64,000 nt of DNA. Source: Antechinus flavipes. Its lineage: Eukaryota. The first letter of the stretch is position 1, and every line of letters begins with the position of its first letter. Both the position numbers and the translations under genes were made by a program. The DNA lies in the NCBI RefSeq assembly GCF_016432865.1, contig NC_067398.1, forward strand, positions 715,356,001 to 715,420,000. The letters run 5' to 3'. Positions 1-12,849 of this stretch are shown in pieces. A model generated the notes under the pieces. That model ran no database searches and was not told where the DNA came from. It saw nothing but the letters and a program-made list of their open reading frames with translations.

Positions 1-690
1 ATCCCCCAGGGGCCAAAGCCCGCCACTCCGCCTCCCTGGCGCCCCCTCTGCCCGGGCCCGGAGCCTCAGAACTCGCAGCCCGGGAGCACAGGCCCGGAGG
101 AGAGTTAGGAGGGGCTCTCGTCGGGTGGCCAAGCGAGCTGGGGCCGGCCGGGGACTGACCAATGCCCCCTGCCGTGACTCTGGCCTTCCCGCGCAGGCCC
201 CTGCCGAGGGCCTCGGCTACTCTACCGGCCAGACCAGTCTTGTCCCCGCGCCCGACGACAACCAGACAAACCCTGAGCTCCGTCCTGGCCGCCCACAGCT
301 GGGCTCTCCCTAGGCCCTCCAAGCCCCGGCCCCACCTTACCTGGCACCCCTCCAGCTGGGTCCGCCCCCTGCGGGCAGCCCACCCCTCAGACTCTCCCTT
401 TCTATCCCCTTCCGCAGCCTGCCCTCCCGTAGATTACGAAGCCCTTGAGCTCAGGCCACGGTGAGGAGCCCGGGCCCGGGGAGTGTATTTCTCTGCTCAG
501 CCTTCGTGGAGGCCGCGGACATAGTGCTAGGCCAGGAGCCACGAGGGGCGGAGCCTTAGGCTGTGAGACCCTGGCCCAGGCACTTCGGCTGCACCCGTAA
601 CCCCCTGCCCACCCTGAGGGCCAGAGAGGAGCTCTCCGAGGGCCCGACCCCGAGGCGTCACACAAACACCCATGTGGGAAACGGCCCAGA

Positions 691-845
691 CGAGAGTCCA
701 GCCAGGGCCCAAGAGCCCGGTCAGGGCCCGAGAGCCCGGTCAGGGGCCGAGAGGCCGGTCAGGGGCCGAGAGCCGGCCAGGGGCCGAGAGCCGGCCAGGG
801 CCCGAGAGCCGGCCAGGGCCCGAGAGCCGGCCAGGGCCCGAGACC
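691..845. repeat. 18-19 bp GC-rich minisatellite (~8 copies)
   Basis: Unit CGAGAGCCGGCCAGGGCC. Confidence 0.85.
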
Positions 846-3800
846 AGAGGCGTCCCAGCTCGCCGGGGAATCGGGGGGAGGCCTCAGGAAGGGAGACGCG
901 GCTTGCAAGGGAGCGCCGGCAGTCCCTGCTCTCATTTCTGCTTGGCTTTCAAAGGCCAGGAGGAGGGTGGAGTCCTCGGAAAACAGGCTGACTCAGAGGC
1001 CTCGGAGCGGGCCCGGCCAGCGCTCCCTCAGAGGAGCCATCCCGAGAATGGGGAAGCGGGAGGAGGTCCCTGGGAGGCCAGGACTGAGCAGCAGCCCCCT
1101 CCCCCCCACGGCCGGGCCCAGGCCCCTCCTGCCAAGCCCTACCCCCTCTGGGCCCTGGCTCCCTGACAAGCAGCCGCGAGCCCGGGCTCGGCCCTCCAGC
1201 CGATCGCTTCCTTCCCCTGACAAACAAAGGGCTTTCGTGGGCGCTGGAGGGGAGCCACGGGTCCGGCCAGGTGAAGTTCCCAAAAAAGATCAGAGGGCCT
1301 CGGCGGGGGAGGGGGGGGAGCCCTGCCCAGAGGAACTGAATCCCCCGCTTCCAGCTCAGCTCCAACGTCCCATTTCCCAGTTCCCTTCTCAGGTTCCATT
1401 TCACCTTCTGGAAAGTGAGAGAGCGCTGGATCAGGAAGGGCCGCTTCCCAGGGGCTGAGGGCGGTCTGGGGGGAAGGTGTGACAGCCGGCGAGCACAGGT
1501 AGCCCGCAAGTCCTGGTTGGCAGCTGACCCCGAGGCTGGACAGCCCTGAAAGGCGAGCCCCGCTCCAATGCTCTAGAGCCCTGCAGTCCCTCAGAAGGGG
1601 AAGGGAGACGGAACCCTCGAGGGGGTGGCCCTGTGGGGGCGGGGCACCAAGCCCAAGCCCCCTGGCGTACTGTGCTCAGAACCGTCCTCCCGGCCCCGGA
1701 GGCGCCAGGACCAGGTCACCGAGAAAGGTCAGCAGCATTCCCCACAGGACACTCGGGGCCCGTCGGGCCGTGCCCAAGGGGCGCAGGACAAGGCGCCAAG
1801 GGAGAAAGGGACGGGCAGTTCCTGTGCCCAGCCCTGGCGGCGGGGACCGGCCGGCACTTCTGGCCTCAGGCGCTTCCCAGCGGCGGATTGTGGGCAAAGG
1901 ACTTCACTTCTCCCACCGTCCATTGAGAGCCGTGCTTGCTCTCCCCCCTCCCCACTGTTCTTGTAAGGGATTCGCTCACTCGCTCACTCACTATATAAAC
2001 AGGACTAATTCTCCTTCCGGCCTCCTCCAGCACCTCCGGGACAGGAGGGGCTCCCAAAGGCTGTGCCGGGGCGACAAGCCCAGGCAGGCCGAACCCTGGG
2101 CGGGCGCGGGCCTGGCGGCGAGGGCCGCGGGTCCTCCTGCTGGCCGAGAGCCGAGGAGTCATCACCGAAGGAAATGGGAGTCTGGGCCCCGATCATTCAG
2201 AGGCCGGAGTCTGAACCGGGGAAAGGCCCCCCCCCCCCCCAATGAAGGGTCCTCCAAGGCAAGCCCGGCTCTGCACCGCAGCGGGGGCGGGGAAGAAGGG
2301 GAAGGAGAGCGGGGCTGGCCGGGTGGCGCTGGGGGTCTGATGGGTGACCGCCCCCTGAGAAACCCAGCCGGGCCGACTTCTGTGACTGACAGGGAGGCGC
2401 AGCGAGCAGAACCCAGGGGGCGATTCCTGCGCTGAGCAGCTACGTGGAGCGAGAGAAGCCGCGGAATCTTTATCGATTTAGGGACCGAATGTTACTTCGG
2501 AGCCCTCGGGGGCAGCGCGGGCCTCCCGGCAGGGTGGGCGGCCACAGGGAAGGAAGGAGCCGGACACCTTCCCACACGGGCACCGGCTCTTTCTGCCCGA
2601 AGCCACGGCTGACCGTGGGGCCGGGAAGGACCAAAACAAAAAAGCATCGATTAAAAAAGACAAAAAACCTTAGAGGGAAAAGTGCTTATGAAGGAAAAAC
2701 GGCAGCTGTTTGCTCTGAAGTCCCAAGACTGAAAGAGGTGGAAGGAACAAAGGTCAAGGGCCAGGAGCCCAAGGCACCGTGGCCCCGAGCCCAGAGGGGG
2801 GAACGGAGCCCCCGGGCCGAGCCTCTGGGCCAAGGTCGGGCAGTAAGTGCAGACGGGGGCAGGATGGGGCCTGGGGCAGCTTCTGCCTCGCCCTCCCGCT
2901 CCCCCAAGGACCCTCCCCCGGCAGGGCTGGAAATCGCTTCTGTCTCCGCTGCAGGCCTGGGTCCTGCCCGCTCTCTGGCTCCCTTGGCTTTCTCTGCCAA
3001 GTGACGCCCTCAGCCAGCGGGGTCTCCCCTCTCAGCCTCAGCGCCCCCCCCCCCCCCCGGTGGGTGTGGTCTCCCCACTCGGCTCCTCCCCAGGTCCCAC
3101 CAGGGAGTGCCGTGCCCCAGGGCAGGGAGGGGCGGGGACCTGCTCCCCCTTCCTCAGGTTCTCTCTCTGCCACCTGCTCTGCTGGGCTAACCTGCTCCCG
3201 GAGGATCACACCAGCTCGCTCCATCCCACACCCAAGCTCCCAGGGCGGCAGGAACCCGAGGCTGGCCAGCTCTCTCAGCAGCGGAGCCCTGGGCATCCTC
3301 GAGGTGCCCGGGCCATCCTGGCACCAGCACGAACGGCAGAAAGCTCTCACGAAGGAGCCATCCCATCATCCCCGGCTAAGCTCAGGTCCCGACTTAGGAG
3401 CCAAAGGCAAGAGCCAGGATGGGAAGTGGGGGTGACGGGGCTGGCCAGGAATGGGGAACAAGGCTGCGGATCTGGCCCTGGGGCAGAGAGGGCAACCAGA
3501 GGAAGGAAGCCAGTCCCTGCCCGGCGTCCGCCTGGCCATTCCTCGGGGCATTTCCTCACTATCTCCCGGCAAGCTGGGGGACCCCTCGGGACTCAGCTCC
3601 CAGCAGTCAGAGCTCTGGCCTCTACCTCATTCTTTCGGATGGTCAAGCAGAGCCTTCTCTGGAAGACACGAGGGAGGGGCCGAGGCAGAATGTCTCCCCC
3701 GGGGGGTGCTGGAGCCTGACCCCAGACTCAGAGCCAGGGAAGGCGCGGTGGGCACGGGGCACTCGGGCAGGACCTGCCCCCGACGGAGGCCGCTGACGCT

Positions 3801-4783
3801 TCGGCACGTTTCACTGCGGGCTCTAGAAGGGGTCAGTTCTCTGCCACGGGGAAGAATCTGCTTGTGAGATGGAGCCAGGAAGGAGCCACTCTTAGGGAGA
3901 AAGGCTCATTCAGCCCTCAAAGGGACGAGTCAGGAGGGTGGGAGGGGGGAGATGTTCTCCAGCCTCCACAAGGGCTCGCGCCAGAGGCCCACAAAGGGCG
4001 GCTCTTTCCTCAGCTGCGGGCCCCAGCTGCTCGCTGCCCGGGGAGGGGACAGCAGAGAGCACCCAGGCTCAAGTGACTCAGTCTGCCGGGATCCCTCCGC
4101 AGACCGCCCCAGCCCAGCGCGGGGAAGCCACTCGCCCGCCACTGACCCAGCCCCGGGCGGGCACCAGGAACCCGGAGGCATACGGACATCCGGAAGAGGA
4201 AGAGAGCAAAGGAAGGATTTCCAGGGGAGCCCAGATCTCCTCAGAGAAAGGACAGCCTCGATCTCGCTGCAGCAAATCAGGTCCATCCTCAGCTTTCGGG
4301 GGGGGGGGGGGACAAAGTTCCTCGAAAACAAAGGCAAAAGTAGGAACCTATGGGCACAGGGGGTTAAGCTACCACCCATAAGGGTCACCTTTCGCGAGAA
4401 GGCCGAAAAGGCTCTTTTTTTTTGTAATTTTATAACAAAACATTCATTCTAAATGTACTTTTTCTAACAGAGTGACTAAGAAATAACCCACATCACGGCA
4501 GCACACAAAATAAAGTTGGTCACGTGCAAAACGCTTGTTCTCCCTAGTCATTCTTTCCATCCAGGGCCTTTCATGCTAACATCTCAATAATAATAATAAT
4601 AATAAAGACCATGATTCCAAACAATATTCACTTTTCATAACACATGAACTCTACAGCCCATAAATACCCGACAGCAGATCAAGTTCTTAAAACTAAAATG
4701 TCCCGTGTGGCCTTGGACAAGTCACTTAACCCCAATCACCTCAGCAAAAACAAACAAACAAACCTAAGTGTGTAAGCTTCCCC

Positions 4784-4797
4784 CCGGCAGATGGCAG
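4784..4797 (+). promoter_or_regulatory. CTCF consensus motif (TBC1D10A intron 1)
   Basis: CCGGCAGATGGCAG matches CCRSYAGRKGGCRS 14/14; motif only, binding not shown. Confidence 0.4.
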
Positions 4798-6149
4798 ATG
4801 GCACTCTCCAGCTGCCCTCTGAAAACCAGGGGAGATGCTGGGACTTTATAGTCAGAAAAGGCCAAGATTGGGGAGGTTGATACAGGACTTAGAGGATGCT
4901 TTGGGGGTGTAATTTCACACACCAAACTTGAATTTTAAAGGCAAACACTGAAAACATTCAGCAAACGCACGGGGGGCTTCTTCCTCTACAACGGGAGGGG
5001 GGGATCAGCCAAGCACCGCGTGAGACCCCGGCCGCTCCGCCAACCAGAGCCCGTTGTGCTTATGTTCTTCACTGTGTCCCAGCTGCCAATGCGAAAGCCA
5101 AAAGGAGGCTCCTGAGGAAATCACACAAATGCATGAAGTCATGTGAGCGCGGAGCACTGGCTGTGTGTGGGAAGCTCAGAGCCGAAAAGGCCCTTCGAAG
5201 CTCTTTCGTCCCAAGCCTGCGTGAACGGGAATCTCTGTATTTACAGTGTCCGACAAGGGCTCGTCCCGCCCATCTGCCGCCTCCCCAGGCAGCCCGCTCT
5301 CTCGGGGGACAGAATTCATTGTGAGGAGCTTCTCTTTCCTGGGAACCCAAATCTACCCCTTGGAAGCTGCCTTCCACACCTCCGCTTTCTGCCCACTTCA
5401 ATAATAACCCTTCAGGTGCTAAATCTAAGGCTCAAAAGTGCCCCCCATCACTCCCAGTCTTCTCTTCTCCAGGTCACCAGTCCCCAGTTCCTTCAGCAGA
5501 GACCCTGGGAGCGGCGGATGCTCATCTGGATGCTCGCGGTCCCTCTGGGTTTACTCAGACCTGACCACAAGAGAACAGCAGCAGTCCAAGGAACTCCTTC
5601 CCCCTTTCCCCAAACACGCAGCAAAGAAATCAGCTCAGACCGAATCCTGATGGAGAATCCAAGAAAAGTCACAGCCAGGTTGTCCGGCTCGGAAGACCCC
5701 GAGGTGTGTGGACCCTGGACTGCATTTCAGTAGGGAAAGGCCATGTGCCAGGGTAAGGGGGCGTCTCTGAGCCCTGCCAGATGGCAGCTCTGTCCTCCAC
5801 TGCCCAGCTCTGGGCCACAGATCCAGGACAGACTCAGGGGCTCGCCCAGCAGAAGGGCCTGGGCACATAGGAGCGGGTCAGGGTCTCACGTCCAAATCTA
5901 GACCTGCAGAGGAAGACCAAGGACAAGAACCCCGGGCCAAAGGGAGCCTGCCGTTCTGTCCCCGCCATCGGCAGGACTTCCTAGGTGGCCTGCGGCAGCT
6001 GAGCTCAGCAGCAGACTGCGAAGGCCTAGACCTCGATCCCAAACAAGGTCAGAAGCATGTACGTTCCCGTGGGGGGAGGTGCAGTAGCCATCCACTTTGC
6101 CTCAGATTGGCCCAAAGCTTGCAGGCCCCCGCCCGAGCAGGTCCTGAGC

Positions 6150-8040
6150 TCCTAGAAAAACACAACCCGCAAAAAATTCCCCAGAAATATACAGAGCCTG
6201 ACCTTAACATCAAGTCCAAAGTCAAGAAATAGACTGGAAAAACAAACAACATCCGCTACAGAAAGGCCTTATGTTAACAGCAATGGTCAAGACACAAACT
6301 CAGAAGCAAACAATGAGTCCAAAACTTCTACCGGCAAAGTTTCAAAGGCAAATAAATTCAACTACAATTTCTAAAAGTGATCAAGAGTTTTATGGGAAAA
6401 AATGCTTAAAATGTTTTTTATAAATGAAATGAGAACATTCGAGAAAAACATTGGAAAAGAAATGAGAGTCATGGAAGGAAGAATTGGAAAGGAAATAACT
6501 TGGCACAAGAGGTACAAAATAACGGCCAAGCAACAAACTCCTGCGGATCACAATGGGTCAAGTAATAGCCAATGATTCTAGAAGATTAGGAGAAACAGGG
6601 AAAAAAATTGAAAAAAATGTTAAATATCTTATAGCAAAAACAAATAACCTAGAAAATAAATTGAGGAGAAAAAAATTTAAGGATTATTAGGCTCCATGAA
6701 CATCACGACCAAAAGAAAATCTTCAAACAGAATTGTCTAGACCTCTCTGAAGCAAAGGGTAAAATAGAAATAGAAAGATTATCTATCATTTACCTTCTTA
6801 AAAAACACAAATAAAATTCCCAAGAATGTTACAGTCAAAATCCAGAGGTTACAAGGCAAAGAAAAAATATTGCAAACCTCCAGAAAGGAAGAATTCAAGT
6901 CCTGAGGAGCCACAACCAAAATCACACAAGATTTAGCAGCCACAACGAAAAAGTAATGGAGAGTTTGGAATGGGATAGTCCCAACAACAAGGGATATGGG
7001 CTTATCATGAAGAATAACTTAGCCGGAAAAATGAAATCCATTCCTATAGGAGGAAAAATGGACCTTTAATGAAACACAAGCACTCCTAATGAAAAGACTC
7101 GAGCGGTGCAGAAATTCTCAAGTTCAAAAAACAGTAATTACAAGCAGCATAAAAAGGCAAACACCAACACGCTTGGAAGACTATTAAGTCAATGTAAGCA
7201 GGATGATATACATTTTTCCTCTGAATCCTATCATCATCAGGGGTCACAGAAAGAGTCTAAGACGAGGTCTGGGAGTGATTCTAAGTCTTCATGATCTTAA
7301 AAGAAGAATGGAAAAAAGAGAAGAAAAGGAATACACTAGAGGGGAAAAGAAAGGAAGGTGAGTGAGGAAAAATCTACATAAAAAAAGAAGAAAGTTGGGG
7401 GGCCAGGTGACACTTGAATCTCACTCATTCTCATCTAAAGTGGTCAAAGGAAGGCAGGCAAAGTGATGTGCACAATACATTTCATTCTATAGAAAAATAG
7501 AAAGGAAAGTTGAGAGGAAGAGGAATTAGGGGGAGGGATAGATCAATAGAAGGAGTCATCTAAAATTTTAAGATATTTTTTGTATAAAAATATCTCTTTT
7601 TGAGATAATAAAGAATGGAAAACGGAGGAGTACGTCTGCACAAATTGAGATATAGAAATCTGAAAGGGTGTCACTGTGTTGTAAGACGAGACGATTTCAG
7701 AAAAACCCGGGAAGACTTGGATGAACTGGTACGGAACCAGGAGAACAATTTATACAAAGACAACAACATGGTAAAAAACTAACAACTTGAAGGACTTGGG
7801 GATTTTGATCGGTACGTGACTAAACTTGATTCCAGAGGACTAATGATGATACATGCTACTCACCTCCTGAGAGGGGAAGTGAAATGCTCACAGGGCAGAA
7901 TGAGCCAGATGTGTATTTTTGGTTCGGGGACGTGGCCAATGCGGAAATTTGTTCCGCTTCGTTATCCATGTTTGTAATAAGGATTTTGTTTTACTTTTAT
8001 TTTCAATTGTAGAAAAGTAAATATTCTTGATTGAAAATAG
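6150..8040 (+). mobile_element. Degenerate LINE-1 fragments (ORF1-like region plus 3' end)
   Basis: A-rich; resembles the ORF1 segment at 44430-45230 (shared ...GAATTCAA...TGAGGAGCCAC...GATTTAGCAGC); L1-type 3' end at 7690-8030. Confidence 0.7.
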
Positions 8041-8569
8041 ATACAGACAGACAAAATTAGAAGAGGGGAAAAAAAGAACGCTGATCTTGCTTCTTTACGT
8101 TTAGACCATCCCTGGACTTTGGTGATTCTTTTGCTTTTCGCTGTCCCCCCGGTCCTCCCTGTCCTCAGCATAAGGCACAGAGAGAAGGCAACAAGGTCTC
8201 CCCTAAGCTTCTCCCTGTTTCTTTGACTAAGATTGGCTCTCCCCTGGGGGTGCTGGGGCAGGAAGACTTTAGGTCCTGACCAGCCCCTGGCTTCATTCAG
8301 GCAGAATGGAATAATCTAATTTGGCAGTATGAGATCTAGTTTAGATTCTCAGTTCTGCTACTTGTAGGGCCTTGAGGAAAGCCGGTGCCTCAGTTTCCTT
8401 ATCTGCCAAAAAAACAAAATTAAAAACCGCTGCACCAGATGACGTCCAAAGTCCCTTCCAGTTCTACTCTTCTGCGACTCTAAATCTGTGCTTTAGTGGC
8501 AGTTTTATTACCACGAGGATCAAAGAGCATTAAAACAGCCTCTCCATCTCTTTCCAGTCTTTCCAGAAA

Positions 8570-9550
8570 GACCGACTTTCTCCCTTCCACAAACCTGACC
8601 ATACACTGACCTACCTGCTATTTCACAATCCTCTGCTCCACTTCTAGTCTCCTTGCCTTCCCACTAGATTCCACCCCCGATTCCTCTCCTCTGGTTCCCA
8701 GTCCTCCATCACCAAATATTATTGGGCATTTCCAATATGGGGGCACCCTTTCCACTTTACCTTCCCCTCTCCTTGGTACCCAGGTCACGTGGGCTCCTTT
8801 GAGACTATCTTTCACAAAGCTTAGATAAGATGGGAATTGCCAACTCTTATTTGTGAGGCAGATGACCACCATCTTGCCTACAACTGTGCCTAAGGCCTTA
8901 TCGTTTCCAGATTTAATATTTCCACTGCCTCTGTCCCCTCCGTCTCTCTAGCACTTTCATCTGACCCACGGATGTAATCTAAAGAGTTCTGGGCCTCCTC
9001 TTCCAGCCTACCACTAAAACCTTGAACTCTGAGGCTTTTCCATCTACCCTGTAGTTCAGCCCACCTAATAAATCCTACCTTGGAATGGGAGGTCATTGAA
9101 GGTAAGGTCCCTTTCACTTTCCTGAGGGTACACAGTGAGTGCTTAATAAATGCTTTTTAATTCATCTATCTGGGGGTCCAACAGACACTTCCAATTCAAC
9201 ATGTCTAATCCTTTAGAATTCATTCTCTTTCCCCACTTTTCTTGAAGACCTCCTGGTTTCTGCCAAGGGGCCACCATCTCTTTAGTCTCCCAGGTTTGGA
9301 ACCTCAATCTCCTCTTCCTCCTCAGCTTATTCTTCTTGCTCAACCGACCCTGTCTGACCGCTTGCCCCATCTTGCCGTCTCTGCCTGTCCAACCCTGCTC
9401 TTCCCGTTCTTTGCCCAGCCAGCCAGCCCCGTTCAGGTCCACACCTTTCTAACTGGTCTCTCTGACTTAAGGTTCTCCCCTCTCCAATCCACCCTCCCCA
9501 CAAGAGCCATCGTCAGCTGTCCTCCAGCTTCCAGGGTCATCTGAGGCTCA
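8570..9550 (+). mobile_element. Old LINE-2 fragments
   Basis: L2-type 3' end GTGCTTAATAAATGCT near 9140 and a pyrimidine-rich L2 ORF2-like tract. Confidence 0.55.
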
Positions 9551-12500
9551 AGCGGGGTAATGTCTGCAAAGCCCTCGGCCTGCTCAGTCACGTGACCGAG
9601 TAATCTTCCTGGTTTCCTTCCTACTCAAACTCCAGTGACAGCCATCGCGCTACATCCCCTGCCTCTGCCCTCTGGCCCGTTCCATTTCTCCCACAGGGTA
9701 GCCCATGTGCCATCTTGGTGGTTTCTTCCTTCCCGTCTCCGTTCGGGCCCCCCTCGGACAGGAGGCCTTTCCCAGTCCTTGTCCTCGGCTGGCAGGGCCC
9801 GCCTTCTAAGATTACCTTTTATCTGCCTCTTGGTATCTGGTGTACATCCAAATACGGGCAGATTATCTCCTCCATTAGAAAGCGGGCAGGGAATGCTTTT
9901 CAGGTTGTTCAATCAGGGAGGGCCCCAAATAGGTGCTTAATAAATGCTCGCCGAGTATCCGATTCCCTGGCCAGAACTCCCCATGTGACTGCGGGGGCTC
10001 GGCTCCCCCAGGAAAGGCGGGGGGGGGGGGGTCGCGTGCACAGCAAGAAGGTCAGTGAGGTCAAGGAATATCCCCCTCGTGTACAGCAAGAGAGCCGCAG
10101 AGAAGAACAAAAGCCTCAAGATGAGCAGCCTGACCCGGGAAGCAGCGAGGGAGCCCATGGAACGCTTTTGAGTCATAAATGGTGAATGAGGAACTCTGGG
10201 AAGATTTTTGTGAAGTGAGGTAGAGGAACAAAGGACCCAAAGAACAGAAGTTACTGAATCAGGAAAACAAACGCGGCCCTTAGGCCCGAAGTCCACCAAA
10301 AGGCGCGGAGCACAGAGAAGGGGCTGCCGGGGCAGGACGGAGCCTGACACAGTCTTTGCTTTATCAATCAATCAGCTTTTCTTTGTTGCAAGGCAGAGTT
10401 CGGCTGCTAGGAGGGGAAGGTTCATCACAAAGGGGTAAACGAAGGCACCGGGGGAGAGGGGAAGGGGCGAGGGAGGGCCCCTCCTTCTCGGGCTTCCTAT
10501 GGCCACCTGCTGAAATTCGAGCCCTTTCCCCAGGCTCAGATCCCCCTCCGAGGGGAGGCTGCCCTGATCCTCCTGCAGCCAAACGCCATCTTTCTCTCCT
10601 CAGAACCCCGGGACACCTGGCCCCTCCCCACACTTATCACTTTCTCCTCAGAGGCTCCAGGGCTCATCTCCCTCAGGAGGCTGCCTGCTGGAGGCCGGAG
10701 GCCGGCCTCTCATCCTCTGTCCTCCAGAGCCCGGGCCCGATGGGGCAGACGCTCCCCACACAGGTGGAAACGAATGGCTACGTGAACGCGCTGCTCCGAG
10801 GCTCTCCGGGCCCCTGGGGAGGCCGTGGCCCCCAAACAGGCTCGGCCTGGGCAGCTCCTCCCCCAGGGGATGCTGGTCTCGGGCCAGGTACCATTGGCCG
10901 TCTGGAGGCCGTAAACACCAAACGGGTCCCACCGGTCTCATCGCGTTCCCAGCGGCTGCGAGCCGGCCCCTGCCCTGCTAAGTGGGCTCCGGCTCGTCCG
11001 GCAACACCCCACGTGGCCGCCAAACCAGCTTTCCTTCTGAGGCCGGAAAGGGGAGCGGAGGGGACGGCGGGGCTCCCCCATCCCCCGCCGTAACTGCAGC
11101 CCCGAGCCCGTCTCATGGGGGCCGCACGAGGACGGGACGTGGGCTGCCGTTGGGAGACCCCCTTTCCCCTCCATCAGGACGCCCTTCATAGGAAGTCTGC
11201 AGGCAGCTAATGGGGCCGCCATCTTGGACTGAGGGGGTGGGAAGGAACCATGGGCCGGCAAGACAGAAATAACCTCTGGCCTCACCGAGGCTCCCTGGGG
11301 TCCAGCGGCCCGGCAGGAAGCAGGCGCCCAGGGGAACGAGGGAGAGCCATCTGCTGCAGGACAGCCAACGGCGGTGACGAGAAGCCAGAGAACGCCCAGG
11401 CAGGCGGGCCAGGCCCACCTCCTCGCCACGGGCGGCTGCTCTGCCCCTGGCCCACGGGTCCTCGGAAGGCTGGGGGGGGGGGGTAGGGGGGGTCCTGGGC
11501 TCCAGCACCTGGGTCACTGCAGTCAGGCCTGTTGGGCGCAGGCTCCCTCCCCCACACGGTGGGAAACGTCGGCACTCCCTGAAAGTGCGACGGGGAGGGG
11601 AGGCCTTCTCGTCCTGGGAGCACCCGCTCCCATGATGCTCCCCGAGACCTCGCTGGCAGCCCCAGGGGGCTCTCTCCTGACCCTGGCAAGCCTGGCCACG
11701 AGCTCCGGGGCATCCTTACGCTCCCCATCTGCAGTGGGGCGCCGGCCCCCCTCGCCCCTCCAGATTCTTCCAAGCGTTCGCTCTTTCAAACGTCCCAGGC
11801 GGGGGCTAGGAGGCCGGCCTGGGGCACGGAGCCCTCTCCCCGGCTGCCTCCGGCCCTCCAGCCAAAGGGAGGCGTGTCTGCCACAAACACCAGTGGCTCC
11901 CTCCCTGACTGCTCAAAGGGCACAGGCCTGAACCCCAGGAGGGGCCGTCCGCCCTCAGCCCCTGGAAGACGCAGGTGGCCCCGGGGCGCTCCCCACACTC
12001 CGGGGGTCAGTTCCCCATTCTGGAAACCGCCAGGCTGCAATCTGCACCCCCCGGCCTCCCCTGGGCACAAGCCGCGGCGGGCATCGGGGTGTCACCGCAG
12101 GAGAAGAGCAGGGCACGCAGGAAGTGGGGAGCAGGGCGGGGGCTGCCCTGACAGCGTGCCGGCAGGGGAAGCGGACTTCCTGCACCACAGCATCCCGTCT
12201 GAGGAAGGTGGGTGCCAGCACCCCCAAGCCCTCAGGGCAGGAGACAGTTGGGGAGATAGGAAAGCAGGACCCCTGAAGCAGCCCCCCCCCCACCAGCCTG
12301 CCTCGGACGCTTCTCCTCCTGGGGCGGGCCTGCCGGGGAGGTCTGGGACCGCTGGGGAAAGGGCGTGCCCAGCACGTGCAGGGCAGATAATAACGGACGG
12401 GCATTTAACATCCGGGGGGAGGGGGGGCACACGTGGGGGAGGGGAGGGGCCATGGAGCCAACATCTGCATGTCAGCCTTGGAGCTCAGCTTTGCCTTTGA

Positions 12501-12849
12501 GGGGCTGGGGGCTGGGCAAGAGAGCAGGCTATGTGTAGGGGAGGAGGCTCTGAAAGGAGGAGTGTGTTATGGAGTGGGGGGTGATGGGGGGAGGTGCGGT
12601 TGGTTGCAGAATGCTGGGGGGGGGGGTCCATAGCTGTTCATCCACGTGCCTCGATACATGCTTGAGGCTGGGAGAGCCCGGGGCACCCACCTCGGTGGGA
12701 AGTGGAGGCGACAAAAGCCCCCTGTTTGAAGATCCGAGGGCACAGCTGGGGGTGAGGGCTGGACACCTCAGCGCTCTCTCCCCTCCCTGGCAATGCACAT
12801 GGGGGAGAGGGGAGGGGATTGTGCCCCCTCTTCCTTGTTTGGGGGGCGC

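Noticed and set aside
563-991. REPARA-repeat ORF
   Set aside because: Translation of the 18-bp minisatellite with a non-ATG start.
10938-11429. ORF with signal-peptide-like start MARRWAWPACLGVLWLLVTAVG
   Set aside because: Starts at GTG, has no recognisable domain, and GC-rich DNA yields such ORFs by chance.
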